The position numbers were made by a program, and so were the translations under genes. This document shows positions 30,101-38,316 of a DNA stretch of 40,498 nucleotides, piece after piece. Origin of the DNA: Gemmatimonadaceae bacterium. Its GTDB lineage: Bacteria; Gemmatimonadota; Gemmatimonadetes; Gemmatimonadales; Gemmatimonadaceae. Under the pieces are notes generated by a model. It ran no database searches. It was not told the origin of the DNA and was given only the letters and a program-made list of their open reading frames with translations. The stretch spans positions 1 through 40,498 of the forward strand of contig JBBDYA010000028.1 of assembly GCA_040902005.1 (NCBI GenBank). Direction: 5' to 3'. Numbering within the stretch: position 1 is the stretch's first letter; the number at the start of each line of letters is the position of its first letter.

Positions 30101-30849
30101 TTGTGGTGACCGACCTTCCCACGCGCGTGAATTCGTTTGCGGCGTACGGCGATGCCACGGTGGAACAGGTACTGGGACCGGCGATGTCGCGGGTGACGCG
30201 GAAGCCGATCGTGACGCTCGACCACATGGCGTTTCTCAACAGAGGGGATCATTTCGAGGCCGTGCCATTGCCGGCGGAGGCACAGCTCGCGCCCGCGTCC
30301 TACGTGGGCATCGCGGACTTCGACGGCGACGGCGCGGAAGACGTCTTCCTCTCACAGAACTTTTTCGCGACCGCGGTCGGAATTCCCCGGTACGATGGCG
30401 GAAGGGGACTCTTGCTGAAGGGCGACGGCAAGGGCGGTCTGATGCCCATGCCCGGCGAACGCTCCGGCATTCTGGTGTACGGGGACCAGCGGGGCGCCGC
30501 ATACGCGGATTTCGATCGCGACGGTCGGCTGGATCTGGCCGTATCGCAGAATGGAGCGGCCACGCGCCTGTTCCGGAACACTGGTGCGAAACCGGGGATT
30601 CGCGTGCGGCTTCATGGACCTCCGTCCAACCCGGATGGCATCGGCGCACAGATCAGAGTGGTTTACGGCGAACGGATGGGCCCGGTACGCGAGGTCCAGG
30701 CAGGGTCCGGCTACTGGTCGCAGAATGGCGCCGTCCAGGTGTTCGGCCTTTCCGGGACCCCGACCGCGGTGTGGGTGCGCTGGCCGGGTGGCGGCGAATC
30801 GACGACGCCGGTCCGCGCTGGCGCTGCCGAGGTGGTCGCGAGACGCTAG
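27163..30849 (+). CDS. Large FG-GAP/VCBS-repeat lipoprotein with two ASPIC/UnbV domains (CRTAC1-like)
   Basis: LAVAC lipobox after ATG 27163; many D-x-D/N-G-D/N-G Ca-binding blades; ASPIC-like segments VRLVGDAPNTRAVGATI..GGLYMSH and VRLHGPPSNPDGIGAQI..GSGYWSQ. Confidence 0.9.
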   Translation: MMNQHAICGLLVLAVACGEAKGPGPWNQEAGYRWRELHVARGEPGFTPMRGRAGVRFMNTVSDSVLVGNRILGQGAGVSLGDVDGDGLPDIFLARTEGCNALFRNLGGGGWRFEDITERAGVGACDRYSTGSAFVDVDGDGDLDLILLATTGPNAIFVNDGTGAFTERRDLGLDTTGRGGTTIAMADVDGNGRLDLYVANYKAWNIDDSIPPQRRAPNQIVRQVGPNAFEVVPEHRAHYKIVMRPDMGGLRMTTRAEPGDFYQNVDGRFVRVPLTAGRFTDADGRRTSEEPESFSLAARFADLNGDGAPDLYVANDFEDMDELWFNDGRGNFRRADWRSQRQMSNSSMGVDVADVDGDGRLDLFVTDMLSDDTRRLKTQIPTHTALPKQVGDVESQLQQQRNTLFLNRGDGTFREAGLYAGVQASGWSWGTVLADVDLDGWQDILIANGHLWDIMDADTHERLSLRLTGDVHWQRLRWEFPRLPLKNVAFRNRGDMTFEDRSSAWGFGLEEDISHAIALADLDGDGDLDVVVNRLGAPALVLRNNASAPRIAVRLVGDAPNTRAVGATIRLSGGAAPIQVREVAVGGLYMSHSDYEASFGMGTSDSATLVVDWRDGRRTVIGNVQPNRLYEITTAVPGTDTAPGPVQLAAAPDPAAVLFQDVTAMLGGHTHVDPEYDDWARQLLLPNSLSRLGPGVAWFDYDRNGYEDLIVGTGRSGRLGVFRNIGGRPAAAAVRAPVADADFTSVLGLAGVAGSRLLIGVSSWEGATNVPSALSLDAGAGGIQSPEPLLPAQDAATGPMALGDYDGDGTPDLFVGGRAIPGQYPRSASSRLYRNVGGRFVLDSANSDVLRDIGLVSAASFTDVDGDGDADLLVAREWDSVLLLLNDGGTLRPAPATYGFSRWTGRWTGLATGDLDGDGRLDFIATGWGRNTMMQADSARPLVLLHGPFAAAGVEAMLVAREDRRIGGLAPLNSYPRVRIVVTDLPTRVNSFAAYGDATVEQVLGPAMSRVTRKPIVTLDHMAFLNRGDHFEAVPLPAEAQLAPASYVGIADFDGDGAEDVFLSQNFFATAVGIPRYDGGRGLLLKGDGKGGLMPMPGERSGILVYGDQRGAAYADFDRDGRLDLAVSQNGAATRLFRNTGAKPGIRVRLHGPPSNPDGIGAQIRVVYGERMGPVREVQAGSGYWSQNGAVQVFGLSGTPTAVWVRWPGGGESTTPVRAGAAEVVARR

Positions 30850-30915
30850 CGGCACCCGTGGCGCACGGAGCTTGCTCCTTGTAATCCCGGACTCATATGA
30901 GAGAGGCGGGATCAG

Positions 30916-31578
30916 ATGTTCCGGAAGAGGCTGTTCACATCATTACGCTGGAGCGTAGCAGCGGCGGTCTGGGGCGCCGGCGTCGCGCTGGCACAGGTGC
31001 CTGGCGCCCCGGCGCTTCAGAACGCGTTTGGGAACCCGGGATTGGCGGTTGCGGGCAACTTCGGCGGGGGTGGGGGCGCGAGCTTCTATGGCGCCGCGGC
31101 GGCCTACGGATTGGGGTCCGGGCGGCTTCAGGTGAGCGCCGCGGCCGGGATGCAGCGGGCGAATAGCGCATCGCGCGGGGCCTACGGCGGGCGCGTCTCG
31201 GCCGGCCTCTGGAGCAGCGGCGGCGGTGCCCTGGGCGCCGCGGCATTCGCGGGGATCGGGGGTGCGCCACGCACGCGCGACGAATCCGACATCGTGACGA
31301 ATCCGGCCGTGCTGACGGTGCCGGTTGGCGTGACCATCGGGTACCGCCGGGGACTGGGCGCCACGCGCGGGATTTCCGCGTATGCGTCGCCATTGTACCG
31401 ATGGACGCGGTTGGCGACGGACACGGAGACCAGCAGTGGCACCTTCGCGGCAGCGATCGGACTGGACGTGTCGATCTCGCAGTCCTTTGGAGCGACCGTT
31501 GGCGCGGAGTTTGGACGAAGCGATGGCGCAACGTCGAGCACGATAGGTGTCGCGCTTTCATTCGTACCGGGGCGCTGA
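30916..31578 (+). CDS. Hypothetical exported protein, probable small outer-membrane beta-barrel
   Basis: Signal peptide ending ALA-Q, Gly/aromatic alternating strands, C-terminal IGVALSF. Confidence 0.65.
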   Translation: MFRKRLFTSLRWSVAAAVWGAGVALAQVPGAPALQNAFGNPGLAVAGNFGGGGGASFYGAAAAYGLGSGRLQVSAAAGMQRANSASRGAYGGRVSAGLWSSGGGALGAAAFAGIGGAPRTRDESDIVTNPAVLTVPVGVTIGYRRGLGATRGISAYASPLYRWTRLATDTETSSGTFAAAIGLDVSISQSFGATVGAEFGRSDGATSSTIGVALSFVPGR

Positions 31579-31581
31579 CAC

Positions 31582-31986
31582 ATGCCCAAACAGACGCTTC
31601 CGCCGATCCTGGTCGTGGACGACAACCGGGACAACGCGGAGATCATCCGGCAGTATCTCGAAACGCGCGGGTACCCCATCACAGTCGCCTCGAGCGGTGA
31701 AGAAGCGCTGGCGCTGTTCGAGACCGTGAAGCCGGCTCTGGTGCTGCTGGACGTCATGATGCCGGGGCGGGACGGCTGGGAAGTGTGCCGCATCATGAAG
31801 CAGCATCCGGACCTCGGGCGCACCGTCCGCATCATCATGGTGACCGCCCTGAACGAGCTGGATGACAAGCGCGAGGCGCTTCAGACGGGTGCGGACGACT
31901 ACGTCGAGAAGCCATTCGATCTTGCCACGCTCGCCGTGACGGTGCAGCGGAACCTGGCGATGCAGCGTACGGCCCTCGCGTCGTGA
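31582..31986 (+). CDS. Single-domain response regulator (receiver)
   Basis: VVDDN, LLDVMMP, MVTA, YVEKP all intact. Confidence 0.93.
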   Translation: MPKQTLPPILVVDDNRDNAEIIRQYLETRGYPITVASSGEEALALFETVKPALVLLDVMMPGRDGWEVCRIMKQHPDLGRTVRIIMVTALNELDDKREALQTGADDYVEKPFDLATLAVTVQRNLAMQRTALAS

Positions 31987-32001
31987 GGGCGTGAGCACGA
32001 C

Positions 32002-33648
32002 GTGCTGAGCGGATCCGTCCTTCTCACCGACTCCACCGACGAGGCGCTCGCGACGGCCGCGGAGCGTCTGGACGGGTGGCGGGTGGAGCGGCGCGACCCG
32101 GCGGAACTCGTGGAGGCGATCGGCACCGTTGCCGCTGTCCGTGTGGTGTACGTCACGACGGATGATCCGACGCTGCTGCGCGCGGCCATCGAGAAGGCGC
32201 ACGGCGCCGGCCTGGCGGTGGTCGTCGAGTGTGGGGACGACGCGTCCCGGCGGCGCGCGGTGGAGTTGCGCGCGGAGGAGTGGGTGCTGCGCGGCGCCCA
32301 TCCCGATGAAATCGCGGCGCGCGTGCACGCGGCGCTGTCACGGGGAACGCCCACGGCCGCCGGGCTGACCGACCGCGTGGAGCGCGTGGAATACGAGCGC
32401 ATGCTGCACGACTCGCTGACCGGTCTTCCCACGCTGCCCGTGATGATCGAGCGCAGCCGGCAGCGCTTCAAGGAACGCGGCGAGCTCGTCGTCCTGTACT
32501 TCAACTTCGTGCGCTATTCGAAGATCGAGGAAATCTACGGGTGGGAAAAGCTGGACGCGGTGCTGGAGACGACAGCTGCCGCGGTGCGCGAGTTCCTGGA
32601 CGACACGTCGCCCAACCCGGCACGGCTGATGGTGAGTTTCATGAACGATGATGACTTCATCTTCTTCCACGTGCCGGCGACGGGGGTGGCGGCCGCCACG
32701 GACGCCGAAATCACGGAGATGGTCTCCCGGCTGCAGCGCCACGTGCAGGGGCGCATCGAGGCACATCACGGCGAGGAGATCTCGGCGCTCTTCGACATCT
32801 ATGTGGGACGCGCGCACGTCTACTACAATCCGAAGATACGCCTCGAGCGGATGATCTACCGGGGTATCCGGGAGGCGGCCAACGCCGCCCGGAGCATCGA
32901 GCAGCGCGAGCGCGCGCGGAAGGTTGCCGACCTGCGCAGCAGCCTGCGGGAGCGTGGCGTCTACGTGGACTACCATCCAATCGTGTATGCCGACACGGAG
33001 GAAGTCTTCGGCTACGAGGCGCTGGCGCGCGGCGTGATGCGCAGTCTTCGCAGCCCCGAAGTGATGTTCGAGGTGGCCGAAGAGGCGGACCTCATCTGGG
33101 AATTGAGCCGCCTGTGCCGGAGTCGCGCACTGGAAGGGCTGGACAGCTATCTCAACCCCGGGCAGTCGCTGTTCATCAACGTGGATCCGCACGACTTCAA
33201 CGATCCGCTCTTCGCCGAACTGAAGGTCGCGACGCCGGAGCGGGTCGTGCTGGAAATCACCGAACGCACGGCCATCAAGGACTATCCCAAGTTCCGGGAG
33301 AAACTGGGAAGGCTTCGCGAGCAGGGATATCGGTTCGCCGTCGACGACGCGGGCAGCGGCTATGCGGGGCTGGGTTCGATCGCCAATCTCGAGCCCGACT
33401 TCATCAAGCTGGACATCTCGCTGATCAATGCCATCGACACGAACTTCATCAAGCAGAACCTGGTGGAGACGATGGTGAAGTTCGCCAACGACCACGGCGC
33501 GATGGTGATTGCCGAAGGTGTGGAGCGCGCGGAAGAGTTCATGGCCGTGCGGAATCTGGGCGTGCACCTGGTGCAGGGGTTCTATCTGCACAAGCCCACG
33601 AGTGTCGTTCCGCCCCGGCAGGTGCGCGAGGCGGCGCGCACCGCCTAG
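32002..33648 (+). CDS. c-di-GMP phosphodiesterase (EAL) with degenerate GGDEF and receiver-like N-terminus
   Basis: GYEALAR, FINV, LEITE, AVDDAGSGY, FIKLD, IAEGVE, VQGF; HDSLTGLP followed by NDDDF in place of GGDEF. Confidence 0.9.
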   Translation: MLSGSVLLTDSTDEALATAAERLDGWRVERRDPAELVEAIGTVAAVRVVYVTTDDPTLLRAAIEKAHGAGLAVVVECGDDASRRRAVELRAEEWVLRGAHPDEIAARVHAALSRGTPTAAGLTDRVERVEYERMLHDSLTGLPTLPVMIERSRQRFKERGELVVLYFNFVRYSKIEEIYGWEKLDAVLETTAAAVREFLDDTSPNPARLMVSFMNDDDFIFFHVPATGVAAATDAEITEMVSRLQRHVQGRIEAHHGEEISALFDIYVGRAHVYYNPKIRLERMIYRGIREAANAARSIEQRERARKVADLRSSLRERGVYVDYHPIVYADTEEVFGYEALARGVMRSLRSPEVMFEVAEEADLIWELSRLCRSRALEGLDSYLNPGQSLFINVDPHDFNDPLFAELKVATPERVVLEITERTAIKDYPKFREKLGRLREQGYRFAVDDAGSGYAGLGSIANLEPDFIKLDISLINAIDTNFIKQNLVETMVKFANDHGAMVIAEGVERAEEFMAVRNLGVHLVQGFYLHKPTSVVPPRQVREAARTA

Positions 33649-33660
33649 GGATCCTCTGTC

Positions 33661-33857
33661 CGAACCACGGAGGACACGGAGGACACGGAGGACCGCAGGT
33701 GGCGATGACGGCCCGGTTCACTCGGCGCTCGGACCCGGTCTCAAGCGCATAGTGACCTTCTCGTAGCCAGATTCGCGACCGAATTCATCCCCGTCCTCCG
33801 CGCAATCCGCGCGATCCGCGTAATCCGCGTTCACCGCGCCCTCCGTGGTTCGCATCG
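33661..33857 (-). repeat. Family A element copy 3 (longest, inverted)
   Basis: Starts CGAACCACGGAGGACACGGAGGACACGGAGGACCGCAGGTGGCGATGAC; ends CTCCGTGGTTCGCATCG, the reverse complement of 1422-1438. Confidence 0.85.
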
Positions 33858-33891
33858 CTCCAGCCTCCATTCTTCAGAGGTTCACCGGTCC

Positions 33892-35178
33892 CTATTTCGC
33901 CAGCAGGCGCTCTATGAGGTGGAGGGACCGCTCCGCGGCGCCGCGCTCGCGCTCGACGACGTCAAGCGCCCGCTGTCCCGCCTGGCGACGCGCGGCGGCA
34001 TCCGCGAACCATTCCACCAGCGTGGTGCCGATCTGTGCGGCACTGGTGACGACGCGCGCACCGGACGCGGCGAGCAGCAGCGCGGCATCGCGACTCCGGT
34101 GGTGGCGGGGGCCAAAAAGCACGGGCGCGCCAAACGCCGCCGGCTCGAGCACCGAATGCAGTCCCGCCTCATGAAATCCGCCGCCGACGAACGCCACGTC
34201 GGCGAGCGCGTAGAGCTCGCCGAGCACGCCAAACCGATCCACGAGCACCACGTCGGCTGCCGCCGCCTCGTGCGCGTCCATGCGCGCGAGGGGGAGCCGG
34301 TGTCGCGCCGCCCAGCGCTCCACCGGCGCGAGGTGGATGGCGGTCGTCTCGTGCGGGGCCAGAATCAGCCGGAGCTCCGGTACCTGAGCGCGCGCGGCAA
34401 GGAATCCGTCCAGCAGCGGCGCTTCGTCAGACGGCCACGTGGAGCCGGCCACCAGGGTTGGCCGGTCGCTGGCGAGAGTCGCCAGCACGCGAGATCCCCG
34501 GTCCACGGAGTGCGCGCGCTGCCACACCTGGTCAAAGCGGGTGTCCCCGGTGACCTCGAGCACTCCGGCCGGCACACCAAGCGCCACCAAACGATCCGCG
34601 TCCGCCCGATCCACCGCGCCCACGGCGTCGAGCAGCGCATAGGCGTCGCGTAGCAGGACGCGCGCGAGCGCGCCACGCCTCCCGGAGGCCGCGGCCAGCG
34701 TCGCGCTAATCAGCCCGATCCGCACGCCCCGCGCGTTCGCCTGACGCACGAGCTGGGGCCAGACATCGAGCTTGCTGAAGACCAGCACGTCGGGCCGCAG
34801 CGCGTCCAGCGCCGAGCGCATGTGCGCGGCGGAGTCGAACGGCAGGTAGTCGCGAAAATCCACGTCCAGGGTGCGCGAAAATTCCTCGGCGCTGGGCGAG
34901 AAAAACGTGTACGCGAGCTGGACGTCCGGATGGTGGGCCCGCAGCATCGCCAGGACCGGCCGGGCCTGAAGGCCCTCCCCGACCGAGGGCGCGTGCATCC
35001 ACACCAGTTGGCGCGACAGGTCGCGTTCAGCAGCGGACCAGCGTGCATACCGCTCGCGGATGCCCCGGCGCGCGTGGAACGCGATTGCGGTCTTGCCGTT
35101 GCTCGCGGGTACCACCGCGGACGCCACGCTCGCCAGCCTCGCCGCGGCGTCGTAAAGCGCTCGCAGCACGGTACGCAT
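33892..35178 (-). CDS. waaA: 3-deoxy-D-manno-octulosonic acid (Kdo) transferase
   Basis: WMHAPSVGE, YLPFD, TGDTRFD, VAGSTW, ILAPHE, AFVGGGF..HSVLEPAAFG. Confidence 0.92.
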   Translation of the reverse strand: MRTVLRALYDAAARLASVASAVVPASNGKTAIAFHARRGIRERYARWSAAERDLSRQLVWMHAPSVGEGLQARPVLAMLRAHHPDVQLAYTFFSPSAEEFSRTLDVDFRDYLPFDSAAHMRSALDALRPDVLVFSKLDVWPQLVRQANARGVRIGLISATLAAASGRRGALARVLLRDAYALLDAVGAVDRADADRLVALGVPAGVLEVTGDTRFDQVWQRAHSVDRGSRVLATLASDRPTLVAGSTWPSDEAPLLDGFLAARAQVPELRLILAPHETTAIHLAPVERWAARHRLPLARMDAHEAAAADVVLVDRFGVLGELYALADVAFVGGGFHEAGLHSVLEPAAFGAPVLFGPRHHRSRDAALLLAASGARVVTSAAQIGTTLVEWFADAAARRQAGQRALDVVERERGAAERSLHLIERLLAK

Positions 35179-35180
35179 GG

Positions 35181-35852
35181 CTAGCCCGGCGGCCGCGCCG
35201 CGCGCGCTCTCTGGATAGCGGCGCGAAAGGCCTCGATCGGCGCCGCGCCATTGAGGCGCTCATCGCCCACGAAGAACGTCGGCGTGGAGCGAATGTCGAC
35301 CCCCGCCGCGCGTCCCACATCCGCGGCGATGAGGCGGCGAATCGTCCCGGACTGGATGCAGTCGCGGAACTCGGCGGCATTCACGCCCGCGGCCACGACG
35401 AGCGAGTCGAAGTACGGAGCCGGATCCGCGATGTTCGCCCAGCGCTCCTGCGACGCAAAGATCGCGTCCTGCACCGGCCAGAACCTGCCCTGCGCGGACG
35501 CGCACATGGCCGCCTCGGCCGCGGGCTGGGCGTTGCGATGCATCTGGAGCGGCAAGTTCACGAAGGCGAGGCGCACGATGCCCGTCCGGATGAACTCCCG
35601 CTGGAGGGCCGGATACGTCTCTTCGTGAAACATCCGGCAGTAGGGACACTGGAAATCACTGACCTCGACGATCCACACAGGGGCCGCCGTATCCCCCTGG
35701 ATCCGACCGGCGTCGGCCCGCTCCAGCAGTGCGTTCGCGGCCGAGTCGGCGGTCGTCGTCTGGCCGCGTTCGCCGGCTTGGGGGGTTTGGGTTCCCCCGT
35801 CGTTTGGGCGGCATCCCGCGAGGAGCAGGACCGCCAATAACAAAGGCCTCAT
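35181..35852 (-). CDS. DsbA-family thiol-disulfide oxidoreductase lipoprotein
   Basis: LAGC lipobox after ATG 35852, SDFQCPYC, STPTFFV. Confidence 0.9.
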   Translation of the reverse strand: MRPLLLAVLLLAGCRPNDGGTQTPQAGERGQTTTADSAANALLERADAGRIQGDTAAPVWIVEVSDFQCPYCRMFHEETYPALQREFIRTGIVRLAFVNLPLQMHRNAQPAAEAAMCASAQGRFWPVQDAIFASQERWANIADPAPYFDSLVVAAGVNAAEFRDCIQSGTIRRLIAADVGRAAGVDIRSTPTFFVGDERLNGAAPIEAFRAAIQRARAARPPG

Positions 35853-35926
35853 GGAGACAAACATATGGGCAGGCGGCGTCCCCGCCACCTGGCAGGCACA
35901 GCTTCTGCCCTGTTGGCGTCCTCGAC

Positions 35927-36580
35927 ATGCGAACGATCCTCACCTGGTACCAGAGCGGCGGTCCATTCATCGTGCCGCTGCTGCTCGCGGGCGCCGCCGG
36001 CATGCTGGTGCTCGCGCGACGCATCATGTGGGTTTCCCGGCGCTCGGAAGTCAACGCACGACCCTTCATGGAGCGTGTCATCGCGCTCGCGCGCGCCGGC
36101 AAGACGGACGAGGCGCTCGCGTTGTGCGTGGAGCACGAGGCGGCGCTGCCCGACATGGGACTCGTCCTGCTCCGCTGCGGCAGCCGCGACACATCCGAAC
36201 TGCGCGACGTTGCCCGGGCTGCGCGACTCACCACCGTCCCGGAGCTGAAGCAGCATTCCGACTGGCTGCCGGCGCTCGTGCACATCGTGCTACTGCTGGG
36301 CGCGGTCGGCGCGGTGGCGAATCTGCATGACGCACTCCAGGCGACGACGGGGAGCGGCCGTGCCCCGGCGACGATGGCGAGCGCGATCGTCCACGCCCTG
36401 CGCCCACTGGGCGCCAGCATACTGGTCGCCATTCCGCTCGTGGCCGGCAACGCGTACCTCCGGAGTGCGGCCGGCCGAATTCACGATCAGCTCGAGGAGT
36501 TCGCGGAACGGCTGGTGAATGCGCTCAGCGACCTTCCGGACGTGCGGCTGGGGCATCGGGCCGGAACGGACGCGGGCTGA
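35927..36580 (+). CDS. MotA/TolQ/ExbB-family membrane protein, degenerate
   Basis: YQSGGPFIVPLL N-terminal helix, two C-terminal TMs LLLGAVGAV and ALRPLGASILVAIPL; start at ATG 35927. Confidence 0.78.
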   Translation: MRTILTWYQSGGPFIVPLLLAGAAGMLVLARRIMWVSRRSEVNARPFMERVIALARAGKTDEALALCVEHEAALPDMGLVLLRCGSRDTSELRDVARAARLTTVPELKQHSDWLPALVHIVLLLGAVGAVANLHDALQATTGSGRAPATMASAIVHALRPLGASILVAIPLVAGNAYLRSAAGRIHDQLEEFAERLVNALSDLPDVRLGHRAGTDAG

Positions 36581-36653
36581 TCGTAACCGCGAGCCGTTGG
36601 CGCCGTACGTATCTGTCTGAGTCCAGTCAACCGCAGTCGCTATACTCTCCGTC

Positions 36654-37463
36654 ATGAATCTCGTCGTCGCCATCATCGCGCTGCTGCAGCTCGCGCAGAT
36701 CGAGGTGCCTCGCTCGGTCGGTTTCGTGAACGATTTCGCGAACGCGCTGCCGGCGGCGTCCCGCGCGCGAATAGGCAGCATCGTTCAGGATGTACGGAGC
36801 AAGTCGGGCGGCGAGATCGTCGTGGTCACGCTGACAGATCTCAAGGGACGCGCATCGGTGGACGTCGCGCGCGAGATCGGCCGACAGTGGCGGGTGGGTG
36901 CGTCCGGAGGGCCGGGCGATCGGGCCCGCAACACCGGCGTCGTCATCCTGCTGGTTCCGAGAGAAACGAGCCCGGACGGCCGAGGGTACTCCCAGATCGG
37001 CACCGGCACCGGCGCCGAAGGATTCATCACGGATGCCACGGCCGGTCGCATTCAGGACGAGGCGCTGCCGCTGCTGCGCGCCGGCGACTACGGCCGAGCG
37101 ATGGAATTGATGACGTGGCGCGTCGCGGAGCGGTTCGCCGCCGAATTCGAGTTTCAGCTGGACTCCACGATGGCGGCGCAGTCGTCGGCCGCGCCGCAGC
37201 GTGATACGCAGCCACGATTCCCTCCGTTCCTGCTGATTCTGCTGGTCTTCGTGATCCTCTCGATGCTTCGCGGATCGCGGCGCCGTGGGCGGCGGGGCCG
37301 TGGTGGCTGTGGCGGCGGATTCATCCCGATCTTCCTTCCGTTTCCCATGGGCGGCGGTGGCTTTGGCCGCGGAGGGTTCGGCGGTGGAGGAGGATTCGGC
37401 GGGTTCGGCGGGTTTGGCGGTGGCGGTGGGTTTGGTGGCGGAGGGGCAGGACGCAGCTGGTAG
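36654..37463 (+). CDS. TPM-domain (YgcG-like) membrane protein with Gly-rich tail
   Basis: GFVNDFANAL, EIVVVT, WRVG..NTGVVILL, GTGAEGFITD, GFGGGGGFGGGGAGRSW. Confidence 0.92.
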   Translation: MNLVVAIIALLQLAQIEVPRSVGFVNDFANALPAASRARIGSIVQDVRSKSGGEIVVVTLTDLKGRASVDVAREIGRQWRVGASGGPGDRARNTGVVILLVPRETSPDGRGYSQIGTGTGAEGFITDATAGRIQDEALPLLRAGDYGRAMELMTWRVAERFAAEFEFQLDSTMAAQSSAAPQRDTQPRFPPFLLILLVFVILSMLRGSRRRGRRGRGGCGGGFIPIFLPFPMGGGGFGRGGFGGGGGFGGFGGFGGGGGFGGGGAGRSW

Positions 37464-37532
37464 GGAAGCTCTGAAGAATGTCAGCTTCCGTAGGGCGACT
37501 GAGGTGACGGTGGACCGAAACGAGGCGCGCCA

Positions 37533-38249
37533 ATGGCAAAAATGACGCTGGACGAGCTGGTGACACAACTGAACGCCGCGTTCGGCGACGATCTCGCAGC
37601 CGCTGTGCTGTACGGCTCAGCGGCCACGGGAGAGCATGTCGCCAGAACCTCCGACTACAACGTGCTCGTGCTCGTGGAATCGCTCTCCGCCAGGGCGCTT
37701 CAAGCGGCGTCCGCGGCTGCCAGGGCGTGGAGCGAGGCAGGCAATCCCGCCCCGCTGATTCTGACGACGGCCGAATGGCGCGGGTCGGCCGACATCTTTC
37801 CGATGGAGTACGCGGACATCCTCTCGGGGCACAAGGTGCTGTATGGAACGCTGCCCACCGACATCCGCGTGGATGCGGCTCACCTGCGGCTCGAGCTCGA
37901 GCACGAGGCGATGGGTACGCTGCTGCAACTGCGTCGGGGGCTGCTCGCGTCGGGCAACGACTCGAACGAACAACTGGCGCTGCTGGAGGCGAGCGCGAGC
38001 ACGATGCTCGTGATCTTTCGCGCGTTCGTTCGCTTCCGCGGCGAGCTGCCCTCTCGGGACAGCGCCAGTCTGGTGCGGCAGGTCTCGGACGCCGCCGGTT
38101 TCGACGTGGCGCCGTTCACGCGCGTCGTGCGGCACAAACGCGCGGAGGAGGCAATCCGCGCGGCCGACGCGCCGGAGATCCTTGCCGGCTACCTGGCCGG
38201 ATTCCAGCGCCTCGTGACCTTCCTCGACCTCGCGGCGGATGGGGGGTGA
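37533..38249 (+). CDS. Pol-beta-like nucleotidyltransferase-fold protein
   Basis: VLYGSAATGE..SDYNVLVLV, SADIFPMEYADI, LRLELEHE; GAGG RBS. Confidence 0.82.
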   Translation: MAKMTLDELVTQLNAAFGDDLAAAVLYGSAATGEHVARTSDYNVLVLVESLSARALQAASAAARAWSEAGNPAPLILTTAEWRGSADIFPMEYADILSGHKVLYGTLPTDIRVDAAHLRLELEHEAMGTLLQLRRGLLASGNDSNEQLALLEASASTMLVIFRAFVRFRGELPSRDSASLVRQVSDAAGFDVAPFTRVVRHKRAEEAIRAADAPEILAGYLAGFQRLVTFLDLAADGG

Positions 38250-38316
38250 ATCCGCCGGGTTCGCCACGCGTATGGTATGTTTGGCGTTACACTGAACGAC
38301 TGACAGGAGCAAGAAG

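Noticed and set aside
27163..30849. Enediyne biosynthetic cluster suggested by the UnbV domain
   Set aside because: No PKS, thioesterase or other biosynthetic genes; ASPIC/UnbV domains are widespread outside such clusters
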